Part shown: positions 31,433 to 46,616 of the stretch, in pieces
Layout: each line of letters opens with the position of its first letter
How positions within the stretch are numbered: the stretch's first letter is position 1
Source of the DNA: Myxococcota bacterium
GTDB lineage: Bacteria > Myxococcota_A > Polyangia > Nannocystales > Nannocystaceae
Length of the DNA: 64,000 nt
NCBI GenBank assembly: GCA_039028615.1
Contig: JBCCHT010000048.1
Span: 29,576-93,575, forward strand
Direction: 5' to 3'
Notes under the pieces: model-generated
Seen by the model: the letters and a program-made list of their open reading frames with translations, nothing else
What the model was told of the DNA's origin: nothing
Databases searched by the model: none
Program-made: the position numbers and the translations under genes

Positions 31433-31475
31433 AAAAACCGCCGCCCCCGACGACGTGTCGGAGCGGCGGTTTCTT
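31433..31475. terminator. Bidirectional intrinsic terminator
   Basis: AAACCGCCGC...GCGGCGGTTT inverted repeat flanked by A- and T-rich runs, between convergent genes. Confidence 0.8.
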
Positions 31476-31496
31476 CGTGGCGTAGGCGCGCCCGAG

Positions 31497-32471
31497 TCAG
31501 GCGCCGAGGTGGTCGCGCAGGCGCTCGACCGGCGGCCGCGTGTCGGGCACGAACTCGGTGCCCGTGATCTGCTCGAACGCCTCGATGTAGCGCCGCGCCG
31601 CCTCCATGCGAATCTCGTCGGGCAGCACGGGCGGGGTGCCGTCACCGGTGAAGCCCTGGTCCACCAGCCAGCGGCGCACGTACTCCTTGTCGATGGAGCG
31701 CGGGTTCTCGCCGTCGCTCATCGCCTTCTCGTAGGTGTCGGCGTACCAGTAGCGCGAGCTGTCGGGGGTGTGAATCTCGTCGATGAGCACGATCTGGCCG
31801 TCGGAGGTCTTGCCCAGCTCGTACTTGGTGTCGACCAGGATCATCCCGCGCTCGGCCGCACGCCGTTGCCCCAGCTCGAACAGCGCCAGCGCCTTTTCCT
31901 CGAGTTCGTTGAACAGCTCGGGCTCGATGAGGCCGCGCTCGAACAGCTGCTCCTTGGCCACGCTCTCGTCGTGCTGCCCCTTGGGCGCCTTGGTCGACGG
32001 CGTGACGATGTTGATGGGCAGCTTCTCGTGCCTGCGCAGCCCCTCGGGCAGCGGATGGCCGCAGAACACCCGCACGCCGCTCTCGTACGCGCGCCAGATG
32101 CTGGTGGACGAGACCCCGGTCAGGTAGCCACGCACCACCACCTCGACCGGGATGGGCTCGCACTCGACCACGTGCATCGCCTGGGCGTCCGGGACCTCGC
32201 GCATGTGGTTGGGGAACAGGTCGCCCGTGGTGGAGAACCAGTACTCGGCCATCCGGTTGAGCAGCTGCCCCTTGAACGGGATGGTCCCCAGCACGCGGTC
32301 GAAGGCCGAAACGCGGTCGGTCACCACGATGGTGCGCCGTCCGTCGCGGGTGAAGTTCTCGCGGACCTTGCCGCTGTAGCGCGACCCGAGGCTTTCGAAG
32401 TCGTCGGGCAGGACGTCGAGGGTGTAGCCGGGGGCTACCGCGGCCCGGAGGAGTTCGTCGTCGACCGGCAT
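31497..32471 (-). CDS. purC: SAICAR synthetase
   Basis: 'YSGKVR', 'DRVSAFD', 'IPFKG', 'TPSTKA', 'DTKYELG', 'DEIHTPDSSRYW'. Confidence 0.96.
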   Translation of the reverse strand: MPVDDELLRAAVAPGYTLDVLPDDFESLGSRYSGKVRENFTRDGRRTIVVTDRVSAFDRVLGTIPFKGQLLNRMAEYWFSTTGDLFPNHMREVPDAQAMHVVECEPIPVEVVVRGYLTGVSSTSIWRAYESGVRVFCGHPLPEGLRRHEKLPINIVTPSTKAPKGQHDESVAKEQLFERGLIEPELFNELEEKALALFELGQRRAAERGMILVDTKYELGKTSDGQIVLIDEIHTPDSSRYWYADTYEKAMSDGENPRSIDKEYVRRWLVDQGFTGDGTPPVLPDEIRMEAARRYIEAFEQITGTEFVPDTRPPVERLRDHLGA

Positions 32472-32523
32472 CGCGCGGCAGGGTAGCCGTGCTCCGCCCG
32501 GGGATCCACGCCCGCGAGGCCTT

Positions 32524-35412
32524 CTACGGCGCGTCGGCTTCGGCGGCGTCCGCCTCGGGGCCCGGCAGGGCCATGCAGCAGCGGAATCCGAGCGTGGGGC
32601 GCTTGGCCGAGGGTTTCGCGCGCTGGCGGCTGGCGCAGCCCGTGGACTTCTTGGACTTCACGCTGCCGCCCATGACGAAGCCCTCTTTCGTCCACTCCGC
32701 GACGTTGCCCACGAGATCGACCACGCCCTCGGGGCTCACGCAGTGGGGATCGGCACCGGTAGGACCGGGTGCCGCGCTGCCGTCTCCGACCCGGCAGCGT
32801 CCCGCCTCGCGGGTGGGGCCGTAGGGGTAGCGCCAGTCGGACGAGCCTCGACAGGCGCGGCGCCACTGGACCTCGGTGCACAGGTCCGCGCCTCGCACGG
32901 TGCAGGCCTTCTCGGCGTGCTCGAGGTCGACGTCGATGGCGGGCGGACGATCGATGCCCGGGTACTCCGCGCGATCGATGCAGTAGCGCTGGTCCTTGTC
33001 GGAGATGAGCACCATGCCCTCGGGGCACGGACCCTCGGCCACGGCGGGCGCCGTATCGCCTTCGGTGCGGGGCGTCTGGCCGGGAGCAGCGTCTTCGGAC
33101 GCGGGCTTCGCTTCCCCCGAGTCGAACAGGCGCGCGAAGCCGCCTCGCGCTTGCGAAGCGCTGAGCGTCGCGGCCAAGGCCATCGTGCCGCCGAGGATCA
33201 TCACCACCAGGGCCATCACCACCGCGGGCGGACCGTGGGGTCCGGGCAGCCGCGGAGCGCGGAACGGCTGCTGGCGCTTGCCCTGCGTGAGGCTGGGATC
33301 GGCGGGCGGTAGCTCGCCCGAGGGCAACCGAGCCTCGGGCAGCGGCGGCAGCTCGATCTCGCTGGAGGAGGGTCGTGCCGCGGCCGAGTCCGGTCGCTCC
33401 ACCACCTCCATGTCGTCGGGCGGGGTCTCGCGCTCGGACGGCGGCAGGCTGGCCGCTTCTTCGGCCGACTGGAGGCCGCGCACCACGTCGCCCGGCTCGG
33501 GCGCGTCGGGCTTGCGAATGCCCTCGGTCGGGGTGACGTCGTCCTCGATGGCCTCGGGTGCGCCGGTCTGCAGCGGCGGCACGCCGCCCGGAATCGACTC
33601 GTCGGCGGAGGGCCCGGCCGGCGGGCGACCACGCAGCAACACCCAGCGCTTGCTGATGCCGTGGGGCAGCTCCCGCAGCCAGCGGTTGAGCTCGAACAGG
33701 TCCCCCACCCCGCCGTCGGCCGCCTTGGGTGCGGCCGGGCGCAGCCAGCTCGACGCACCGCTGCTCGTCGTCGGCGCGCCCCAGTTGCCGGAGCTCGAAG
33801 CGGGGGACGCATCGAGGCTCAGGGCGCCCGCGTCGGAACCGGATCCACCGGGGGTGGGCCCGCGCACCGTGCCGTCTCCCGCCGGCTTGGGGGCGTCACG
33901 AACGGCCGCGTAGGTTCCCGAAGGCAGCTTGTAGCGACCGGTCCAGTCGGCGGAGTCCTCGGAGCTGGACTCGGGCTCCGGCTCGATCTCGGGCGCCGCG
34001 GGAATCGGATCCGAGCTGGGGCGTGACTGCGCGACGGGCCGTCGCAGTCGCTCGGACGACTCGGACGGCGCGGGCGAACCCAGGCGCGGTCCGATGTCGG
34101 TGGGCTCGCCCCGCGGAACCGGCGAAGCGACCCGGGCGCGCACGGGAGGCGGCGTGGTGGTCGGCGGCGGCGTGGGCTCGCGATCGCGGGGCGGCGACCC
34201 GGACAGCCACGGGCGGCTGACCGAAGGCTTCGGCGGCGCCGGGGGCTTGGGTGCCGGGGGCTTGGGCACGGCGGGCTTGGACGCAGCCGGGGGTTTCGGC
34301 ACCACGGGCTTCGGTGCCGACTTGGCCTTGCTGCGCGACTGCGGCTTGCCCACTTCGCTGGCCGGCACCTTGGCGAGCTTGAGCTTCCCGAGCGCGCCTG
34401 CTTGCCCGCCCGCTGGCGAGGCGGCGGGTTTGGGAGCCGACGGCGGTCGCTTGACCCGGGTCTCCCCCGAGCGCTCGATCGCCGACATCTCTTCGAGGTA
34501 CCGACGCGCCAGGTCCTGTAGGCCGTCGTCGCCCGCGGGGGCCGACTCGGCCGTGGCCGCCGCTTGCTCGACGGCGGGGTCGACCGACGCGAGCGCACGC
34601 TGAAGCAGCTCGAGCAGGTGCACCCCATCGCGGGGGCGGGAGGCAGGATCGGGGGCCAGCGACTGCTTGACCACGTCGAGCAGCGCGGCATGGCGCCCGA
34701 CATCCACATCGTCTTCTTCGACGGCCGCGACCGCCTCGGCGCCCAGCTCTCCGCTGGCGATGGAGGCCATCACCGCGCCCCAGGCGTAGACATCGACGGC
34801 CGGCGTCAGCGGGGTGCCCTGGGGCACCTCGGGCGCGACCACATCGCCGCCCAAGCTTCGCGCCCGCGGGCCGAAGCAGTCGGGCACGCACAGCGCAGAC
34901 AGGCCGTACTCCCACAGCACGGGCACGCCTTCCCACAGCAGCACCGTGCCCGGCGTCAGCGCTCCGTGCAGCAGCTCGCGGCGGTGCAGATAGGCCAGAC
35001 CGCGGGCGACCTCGATGGCCGCGCGCGCCAGCAGCTTGCGACTGCCGCCCTGAACGATGAGGTCACTGAGCGGCTCGGCCCCGGGGAGCTGCTCGTAGCC
35101 GACGACGCAGTAGTCCTCCTCGCGGTCGACCAGCACCACCCGCACCAACGCGGGATGACGGACCCCGACCAGCGCGTTGGCGCCGGCCATGAACTTGGAC
35201 AGGTCGACGCTCGTGGGGGTGAAGCCGCCGTCGATGACGGTCAGCCACAGAGATTCGTCCCGACTCGGGTCACGCGCGGCAAAGACGGGCTGAAAGACCT
35301 CCGCGCCCAGCGATGCGGGCGCCAGTCGGTCGAGACTGATCTCGCCGCAGATGGTGTCGCCGGGAGTCGGCAAAGACGGATGACCTTGGGAGAGGCGGCG
35401 CAGCCACCGCAA
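32524..35412 (-). CDS. Pseudokinase - Pro-rich linker - TM - FGE-sulfatase (SUMF1-like) domain protein
   Basis: Kinase-like fold with HGALTPGT, EYG, VAPE, DVYAWG. C-terminal 'CPEGM', 'IDRAEYP', 'EVQWRRAC', 'DLVGNVAEW', 'GFRCC'. Start is TTG 35412 or 35373. Confidence 0.8.
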   Translation of the reverse strand: MRWLRRLSQGHPSLPTPGDTICGEISLDRLAPASLGAEVFQPVFAARDPSRDESLWLTVIDGGFTPTSVDLSKFMAGANALVGVRHPALVRVVLVDREEDYCVVGYEQLPGAEPLSDLIVQGGSRKLLARAAIEVARGLAYLHRRELLHGALTPGTVLLWEGVPVLWEYGLSALCVPDCFGPRARSLGGDVVAPEVPQGTPLTPAVDVYAWGAVMASIASGELGAEAVAAVEEDDVDVGRHAALLDVVKQSLAPDPASRPRDGVHLLELLQRALASVDPAVEQAAATAESAPAGDDGLQDLARRYLEEMSAIERSGETRVKRPPSAPKPAASPAGGQAGALGKLKLAKVPASEVGKPQSRSKAKSAPKPVVPKPPAASKPAVPKPPAPKPPAPPKPSVSRPWLSGSPPRDREPTPPPTTTPPPVRARVASPVPRGEPTDIGPRLGSPAPSESSERLRRPVAQSRPSSDPIPAAPEIEPEPESSSEDSADWTGRYKLPSGTYAAVRDAPKPAGDGTVRGPTPGGSGSDAGALSLDASPASSSGNWGAPTTSSGASSWLRPAAPKAADGGVGDLFELNRWLRELPHGISKRWVLLRGRPPAGPSADESIPGGVPPLQTGAPEAIEDDVTPTEGIRKPDAPEPGDVVRGLQSAEEAASLPPSERETPPDDMEVVERPDSAAARPSSSEIELPPLPEARLPSGELPPADPSLTQGKRQQPFRAPRLPGPHGPPAVVMALVVMILGGTMALAATLSASQARGGFARLFDSGEAKPASEDAAPGQTPRTEGDTAPAVAEGPCPEGMVLISDKDQRYCIDRAEYPGIDRPPAIDVDLEHAEKACTVRGADLCTEVQWRRACRGSSDWRYPYGPTREAGRCRVGDGSAAPGPTGADPHCVSPEGVVDLVGNVAEWTKEGFVMGGSVKSKKSTGCASRQRAKPSAKRPTLGFRCCMALPGPEADAAEADAP

Positions 35413-35508
35413 TCGGCGCTGCGCGGCCCCGATTGTAGCGGCACGCCGACTGTAAACGCCATGATCGAACGGTCATCTCGCGTGCATTAAAACCAGGGGG
35501 TCTTGGGG

Positions 35509-35997
35509 CTACGCGTCGGGCGAGCCGAAACCACCGGTGCTGCCGTAGCCCCCTGCCCCCCGCGTGGTCTCGTCCGCCATGCCCTGGTCCTCGACCTCGA
35601 ACACAACGGCTGTGCTCACGGGCGCAATGACGAGCTGCGCGATGCGATCGCCGTGGCGAACGGTGAACGGCTCCCGTCCGTGGTTGATGAGCACCACCCC
35701 GATCTCGCCACGATAGTCGGCATCGATCGTACCAGGGCTGTTGAGCACCGCGATGCCGTGACGCAACGCTAGCCCCGAGCGCGGTCGCACCTGCCCCTCG
35801 CAGCCCGGCGGAAGTCGCATGGCCAAGCCGGTGGAGATCAGCACCCACTCGCCGGGATCGATCAGGACGGACCCCGCAGGCAGGCACGCCGCCAGATCGA
35901 GACCCGCCGCCTGCTCGCTCATCCGCCGGGGCAGCGATGCTCGCGGGTGCGTTCGAACGAAGCCTACGCGTGGTCGATCGTCGTGCGGTGTTGCCAT
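35509..35997 (-). CDS. dut: dUTP diphosphatase
   Basis: 'AAGLDL', 'RPRSGLA', '[11 protein letters not shown]', 'RIAQL', '[10 protein letters not shown]'. Start re-called to the ATG after SD GGAGGGG. Confidence 0.97.
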   Translation of the reverse strand: MATPHDDRPRVGFVRTHPRASLPRRMSEQAAGLDLAACLPAGSVLIDPGEWVLISTGLAMRLPPGCEGQVRPRSGLALRHGIAVLNSPGTIDADYRGEIGVVLINHGREPFTVRHGDRIAQLVIAPVSTAVVFEVEDQGMADETTRGAGGYGSTGGFGSPDA

Positions 35998-36016
35998 GCT
36001 CTTTGTCCCCTCCCCC

Positions 36017-36062
36017 AAACGCAAAGAGGAGACCCGGGCCGACGCGCGACCGAGGTCTCCTC
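36017..36062 (-). terminator. Intrinsic terminator after pnp
   Basis: GAGGAGACC / GGTCTCCTC stem followed on the minus strand by TTTGCGTTT. Confidence 0.7.
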
Positions 36063-36084
36063 GTGAAAACAGCGGCGGCCTCGG

Positions 36085-38190
<2,106 letters not shown>

Positions 38191-38356
38191 GTTTCGTCTC
38201 CAGATAACTCTTTGGTTGTTCGATCGTCGGGCTCGGCGCGCGTAGGCGCGGCGATGCGTAGCCCGACGACGGGCCCACGAAGGGCCCACGTTGGAAGGGT
38301 GATGAGCGGCGAGCCTCGACCCCCGAGGCCCGCGTTCGGCATGACGTACGACGCGA

Positions 38357-38388
38357 CGAGGGCGCGGTCCTTGCGGAACGCGCCCTCG
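38357..38388 (-). other. GCAA-tetraloop hairpin just after the rpsO stop
   Basis: Minus strand reads CGAGGGCGCG-T-TCC-GCAA-GGA-C-CGCGCCCTCG, with no U-tract. Confidence 0.6.
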
Positions 38389-38397
38389 ATACCGTGG

Positions 38398-38667
38398 TCA
38401 CTTGCGAATGCCGAGCGACGCGATCACCGTTCGGTAGCGGTCGATGTCTCTCGCCTTGAGGTAGTCGAGCAGACGTCGGCGACGACCGACGAGCTTGAGC
38501 AACCCACGACGGGAGTGGAAGTCCCGCTTGTGCGAGCGGAAGTGGTCGGTGAGGTACGAGATGCGCTCGGAGAGCAGGGCAATCTGAACCTCGGGCGAAC
38601 CGGTATCGGCGTCACCCTTTTTGAATTTGCCGATGATGTCGGCCTTGCGATCGTTGGACAGCGGCAT
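38398..38667 (-). CDS. rpsO: 30S ribosomal protein S15
   Basis: '[12 protein letters not shown]', '[22 protein letters not shown]'; 89 aa. Confidence 0.99.
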   Translation of the reverse strand: MPLSNDRKADIIGKFKKGDADTGSPEVQIALLSERISYLTDHFRSHKRDFHSRRGLLKLVGRRRRLLDYLKARDIDRYRTVIASLGIRK

Positions 38668-38752
38668 GGTCTGTTCGCTGGTTGAGGAGAAACTTCGACG
38701 CTCTCCTCTGGCTTTTTCGTTACGAAGAATTTCGTTGGTGTTTCGACCGCGG

Positions 38753-38782
38753 AGAATGGTGGAGCCCCCGTGGCCATGTCAA
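38753..38782 (-). promoter_or_regulatory. Putative sigma70 promoter of rpsO-pnp
   Basis: TTGACA (overlapping the truB stop), 18 nt, then CATTCT. Confidence 0.55.
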
Positions 38783-39834
38783 GAGCATCCGGCAGGTGGA
38801 ACGACGATTCGCTCGGGCCGCAGCTGCGCCCCGTTCCCGTCGTTGGCCACCTGAACAATCATCAATCCCGGCCGATCCGGCGTGGCCGGGGCCACCGCCA
38901 CCTTGGCGTCGGGGCCCTCCCAGGCGGGAAGCCCGGGGTCGGCCAGCGCCACCGCTTGCCCCGAAGCCAGCCTCCGCAGAGCGCGCTGGCCGTGCTCGTC
39001 GGCGCCAACCCGCAATAGCGGCAAGGGCACGACGTCGGCGGGGGGCAGCAGATGGGTCGCCAGCTGCGGTCCGAGGGGAGTTTGCGGCGTTTGCGAGTCG
39101 TCCGGGCCCTCGATGCGCCAGCGTGGCTGGCCCTTGGGACCCGGCTCCATCGGCGTCGCGTGCAGGCCACGGACGGCCCGCTCGTGTGCCAACGCCATTT
39201 CGCCGCTGGAGATCCGATGCAGTGCGCCGAGGTGGGCGGGCACGCCGAGCCGCTCGCCCAGCGCTTCGGCCAGGGACCGAATATAGGTGCCCTTGCTCAC
39301 GGCGAGCGTGGCCGAGACCTCGACCTCGGTGCCGCGTCGAGTCACCTCGTGGAGCTCCACGTCGTGCACCGTCATGGGACGCGTGGCCAGCTGCGGGGTC
39401 TCCCCTGCCCTCGCCAACTCGTGGGCTCGCTTGCCGTCGACGTGCACCGCCGAGTACGCAGGCGGGGCGAGCTGCTGGGTGCCGCGCAGGCCTTCGAGCG
39501 CCGCGGGCACTTCGGCCTCGAGTCCCGCCGGGCACGCTTCCTCGGCGATGGTCTCGCCCTGAGCGTCGGCGGTGGTCGTGCTGCGACCGAGCACGATGCC
39601 AGCGCGGTAGCGCTTGTCCTGCCCGGTCAGGTACGGCACGAGCTTGGTCGCGGCCCCGACCGCGACGACCAGCAGCCCGGTCGCCGCCGGGTCGAGGGTC
39701 CCGCAGTGTCCGACGCGTCGGATTCGAAGGCTGCGACGAACCCAGCCCACGACGTCGTGCGAGGTCGGCCCGGCTGGCTTGTCCACCAGCAGCACCCCGC
39801 ACACCGCGGGGTCGTCCGAGCGACGCCGACCCAT
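38779..39834 (-). CDS. truB: tRNA pseudouridine(55) synthase
   Basis: 'DKPAGPTSHD', 'GHCGTLDP', 'PPAYSA', 'SKGTYIRSL'. Confidence 0.96.
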   Translation of the reverse strand: MGRRRSDDPAVCGVLLVDKPAGPTSHDVVGWVRRSLRIRRVGHCGTLDPAATGLLVVAVGAATKLVPYLTGQDKRYRAGIVLGRSTTTADAQGETIAEEACPAGLEAEVPAALEGLRGTQQLAPPAYSAVHVDGKRAHELARAGETPQLATRPMTVHDVELHEVTRRGTEVEVSATLAVSKGTYIRSLAEALGERLGVPAHLGALHRISSGEMALAHERAVRGLHATPMEPGPKGQPRWRIEGPDDSQTPQTPLGPQLATHLLPPADVVPLPLLRVGADEHGQRALRRLASGQAVALADPGLPAWEGPDAKVAVAPATPDRPGLMIVQVANDGNGAQLRPERIVVPPAGCS

Positions 39835-39843
39835 GACCGTGTC

Positions 39844-40272
39844 TCAGTCCTGCTCGAAGGCGTCGTCGCCTTCCGCATCGGCATCGGTGCCGGTCTCCGA
39901 CGGGGAGCCCAGCGACTCGCCCTCGGCCCGTAGCTCGGCCAATACGGCCTCGATCTTGCGGCCCTGCTCGATGCTGCCGTCGAGGACGAAGCGCAGCGCC
40001 GGGGTCCGCTTGAGACGAATGCGACCGCCCAAGCGAGCCCGAATGGCAGAGGCGCCCGCGTTGAGGCCGGCGAGCACCTTATCGGGGTCGTTCTCGGCCC
40101 CGAGCACGTCGACGTAGACCTGCGCCTGACCGAGGTCGGGCGAGACCTTGACCGCGGTGATCGAGATGGCGGCCGCATTACGCAGCCGAGGGTCCCGCAA
40201 TTCGCCGCGCAGCAGCAGGTCGGCCAAGGCCCGGCGGAGCATCTGCTCCACCCTCTGCAATCGCATGCTCAT
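39844..40272 (-). CDS. rbfA: Ribosome-binding factor A
   Basis: 'LRDPRL', 'VKVSPDL', 'LKRTPALRFVLD'. Located after infB. Confidence 0.95.
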   Translation of the reverse strand: MSMRLQRVEQMLRRALADLLLRGELRDPRLRNAAAISITAVKVSPDLGQAQVYVDVLGAENDPDKVLAGLNAGASAIRARLGGRIRLKRTPALRFVLDGSIEQGRKIEAVLAELRAEGESLGSPSETGTDADAEGDDAFEQD

Positions 40273-40320
40273 CGTGACGTCGGTGGATTACGGCCCGCCG
40301 AGGCGGGCCCCCGCGACCCC

Positions 40321-43110
<2,790 letters not shown>

Positions 43111-43114
43111 GGGA

Positions 43115-43506
43115 CTAGGCAGACCTCCCCGGCGCACGAAGCTCCCGACGCAGGTTCTCGAATGCGTCGTAGCGGGAGCTGCGGCCGATGTCGCCGGAAC
43201 GTTTCAATTTTGCGATCTCTTGATCGACGGACGCCAAGACCTCTGGCCATAGACCGTCGGCGACGACCGGGCGAACCCGCACCGACCGTCCCTTGGCACC
43301 GTCGCTTCGCCCGAGCGAGCGCTCGAGCCCACGCCGCTTCACTGCGCGCTCGAAACACGCAGAGCTGGGGCATACGTATGCACTTCGTCCGTGGGACCCG
43401 CGGCTCATCGCGGGTACGACCACGCCGTCGGGCCTCCTCCGCATGCGGATCAGCGCATGCTGGGGCCGTCGCGTTCTGCACGCGACGCAGCTTCGGACAG
43501 GTCCCT

Positions 43507-43510
<4 letters not shown>
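43115..43510 (-). CDS. ylxR: YlxR/DUF448 RNA-binding protein
   Basis: 'PVRSCVACR...LIR...[12 protein letters not shown]'. TTG start overlaps the nusA stop. Conserved nusA-ylxR-infB order. Confidence 0.88.
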
Positions 43511-44904
<1,394 letters not shown>

Positions 44905-44950
44905 CGTGAGACCTGCAAAGTGCCGAGATCCGAATGACGGCGGTGGTTCC

Positions 44951-45565
44951 TCAACCCTCGTAGACGAGGTGGGCACGTCGTACCCGGTGAAGAGGAATGC
45001 GGTGTTCGGTTCCGCCGTCGGGGTCCCGTAGCGTCACGGTTCCCGCACGGTCATCGTCGGGCTGGGCGGGATCGGGCTCGACGGCCACGATCCGACCATG
45101 GAAGTTGCGCTGGGTGTCCCCCGGCGCAAGCGGAGAAAAGACTCGCAGCTTGATGAGGCGCCCCTCATAGCGAGCGTAGTGACTGCGACGGGCCAAGGGG
45201 CGCTCGAGTCCCGGAGAGGAGACCTCGAGCACGTAGGCGCCGTCGAGAAGCTGTCCGAGCGCTCCCCCATGGGAGCCTTCGGCGGTGTCGGTAGCCTCGG
45301 CGGCATCGAGCGCGTTGCTGAGGATGGGGCTCAGCCGTGCGCAGTCGTCCAGGCCGATGCCTCCTTCACGGGAGGGATTGTCGACGTAGACCTGCAGCTT
45401 GTGGCTACGACCCGACTGGCCCCACTCCAGGCACACCAACTCGAACCCCATGGCATCGAGCACGGGCTCGACGACCTGCTCGAGCAGCAGCGTACGGGCT
45501 CGCTCGACCGTGCCGGGAGGGCCGGCCGGGCTCTTGGTTTGCGTTTGGAGGGAGGTGTCGATCAT
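44951..45565 (-). CDS. rimP: Ribosome maturation factor RimP
   Basis: 'GFELV', 'LQVYVD', 'GIGLDDC', '[14 protein letters not shown]'. Start re-called to ATG 45565. Confidence 0.93.
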   Translation of the reverse strand: MIDTSLQTQTKSPAGPPGTVERARTLLLEQVVEPVLDAMGFELVCLEWGQSGRSHKLQVYVDNPSREGGIGLDDCARLSPILSNALDAAEATDTAEGSHGGALGQLLDGAYVLEVSSPGLERPLARRSHYARYEGRLIKLRVFSPLAPGDTQRNFHGRIVAVEPDPAQPDDDRAGTVTLRDPDGGTEHRIPLHRVRRAHLVYEG

Positions 45566-45578
45566 CGGCGTCGAGCAC

Positions 45579-45611
45579 AAAAAAAAGCGGGACCCGGAGG
45601 GCGCCCACTCC
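45579..45611 (-). promoter_or_regulatory. rimP-leader attenuator/terminator hairpin
   Basis: GAGTGGG-CGCCCTCCGGGT-CCCGC-T8 immediately upstream of rimP. This matches the known rimP-leader pattern (GAGTGGG...CCC.CTTTT). Confidence 0.75.
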
Positions 45612-45959
45612 CGACAAAAGTCGTGGTGTGAAGACGGGGAGCAGATAGCACAGCGAAAAATCGGTCGCAAGGGCCGCTCACCGGCCGTTTTCCGGGCCCC
45701 GGGGGCCTTCCGCGACCATGCGCCGAGCCCGGGGGGATCTCGATCCACGGGGGCTCGGCCGCTCACCCCAGCCTACCTCGCCCCTGGTCCACCGACAGCC
45801 GTAACCGGTCTGCCTGATGGGTTCTACGCCCAGAATCACGTTGCGAGGGCGTACGAACGACCGCCTGTACCGCATCGTGGCAGCCTTCGACCCGGCTGGT
45901 ACCCTCCGGCCGCACGGCGACCCCGCTCACCCGCCCGACGTCGTGCTCCAACCCGCCTC

Positions 45960-46616
45960 GTGAGCCCTCGCAAGCGATACCCGGAGATCCGGGGCCTGTA
46001 TGCCCTGATGGAACGCTACATCGATGGCGACAGTGCCGCGTTTGCGCGCCTCCATACCCGGTTGGAGCCACGTCTGCGGGGTTTCCTCATGAAGCTGGTG
46101 CGCGACGAATCGGCGGTGGAGGACCTGATCCAGCTGACGCTGCTCAAGGCTCACCTCGCCCGCGAGCGCTTCGTGCTGCAGGGCGGTGACCCCGATGGCG
46201 CCGTCCAGGGCTGGTACTTCGCCATCTCCCGCAATGTGGCGATGGACTACCTGCGGGACAAATACCGCGGGGACAAGCGGCGGGCCGGCTCCGACGAGGA
46301 CGGCGACACCGTGGGCGAGCTGGCCGACGGAGAGCTCAACGCCGAGCAGCTCGGGGAGCAGGTCGAGCACCAAGCCGAGATCATCGACCGCGTGCGCGAG
46401 GCGATTGCTCGCTTACCGGCCGGGCAGCGAGAGGTCGTCGAGCTCCACAAGCTTCGCGGCATGAGCATGGCCGAGATCGCCGAGCGGCTCCAAGTTCGCG
46501 AAGGCGCGGTCCGAGTGCGAGCCCACCGGGCCTACAAGGCGCTCGCCCGGATTTTGATGCCGGGCACCTTGGGCGGCTGGCTATGGCTTCTTTGGTTCTG
46601 GCGCGGCGACGGTTGA
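45960..46616 (+). CDS. ECF RNA polymerase sigma factor
   Basis: 'GDSAAFARL', 'VEDLIQLT', 'W..AISRNVAMDYLR', region 4 'LPAGQREVVEL..GMSMAEIAERL....GAVRVRAHRA'. Start is GTG 45960 or ATG 46008. Confidence 0.9.
   Translation: MSPRKRYPEIRGLYALMERYIDGDSAAFARLHTRLEPRLRGFLMKLVRDESAVEDLIQLTLLKAHLARERFVLQGGDPDGAVQGWYFAISRNVAMDYLRDKYRGDKRRAGSDEDGDTVGELADGELNAEQLGEQVEHQAEIIDRVREAIARLPAGQREVVELHKLRGMSMAEIAERLQVREGAVRVRAHRAYKALARILMPGTLGGWLWLLWFWRGDG

Noticed and set aside
45612..45960. tRNA gene upstream of rimP (common in other bacteria)
   Set aside because: No cloverleaf, TTC(G/A)A T-loop in context or acceptor stem could be identified by eye.
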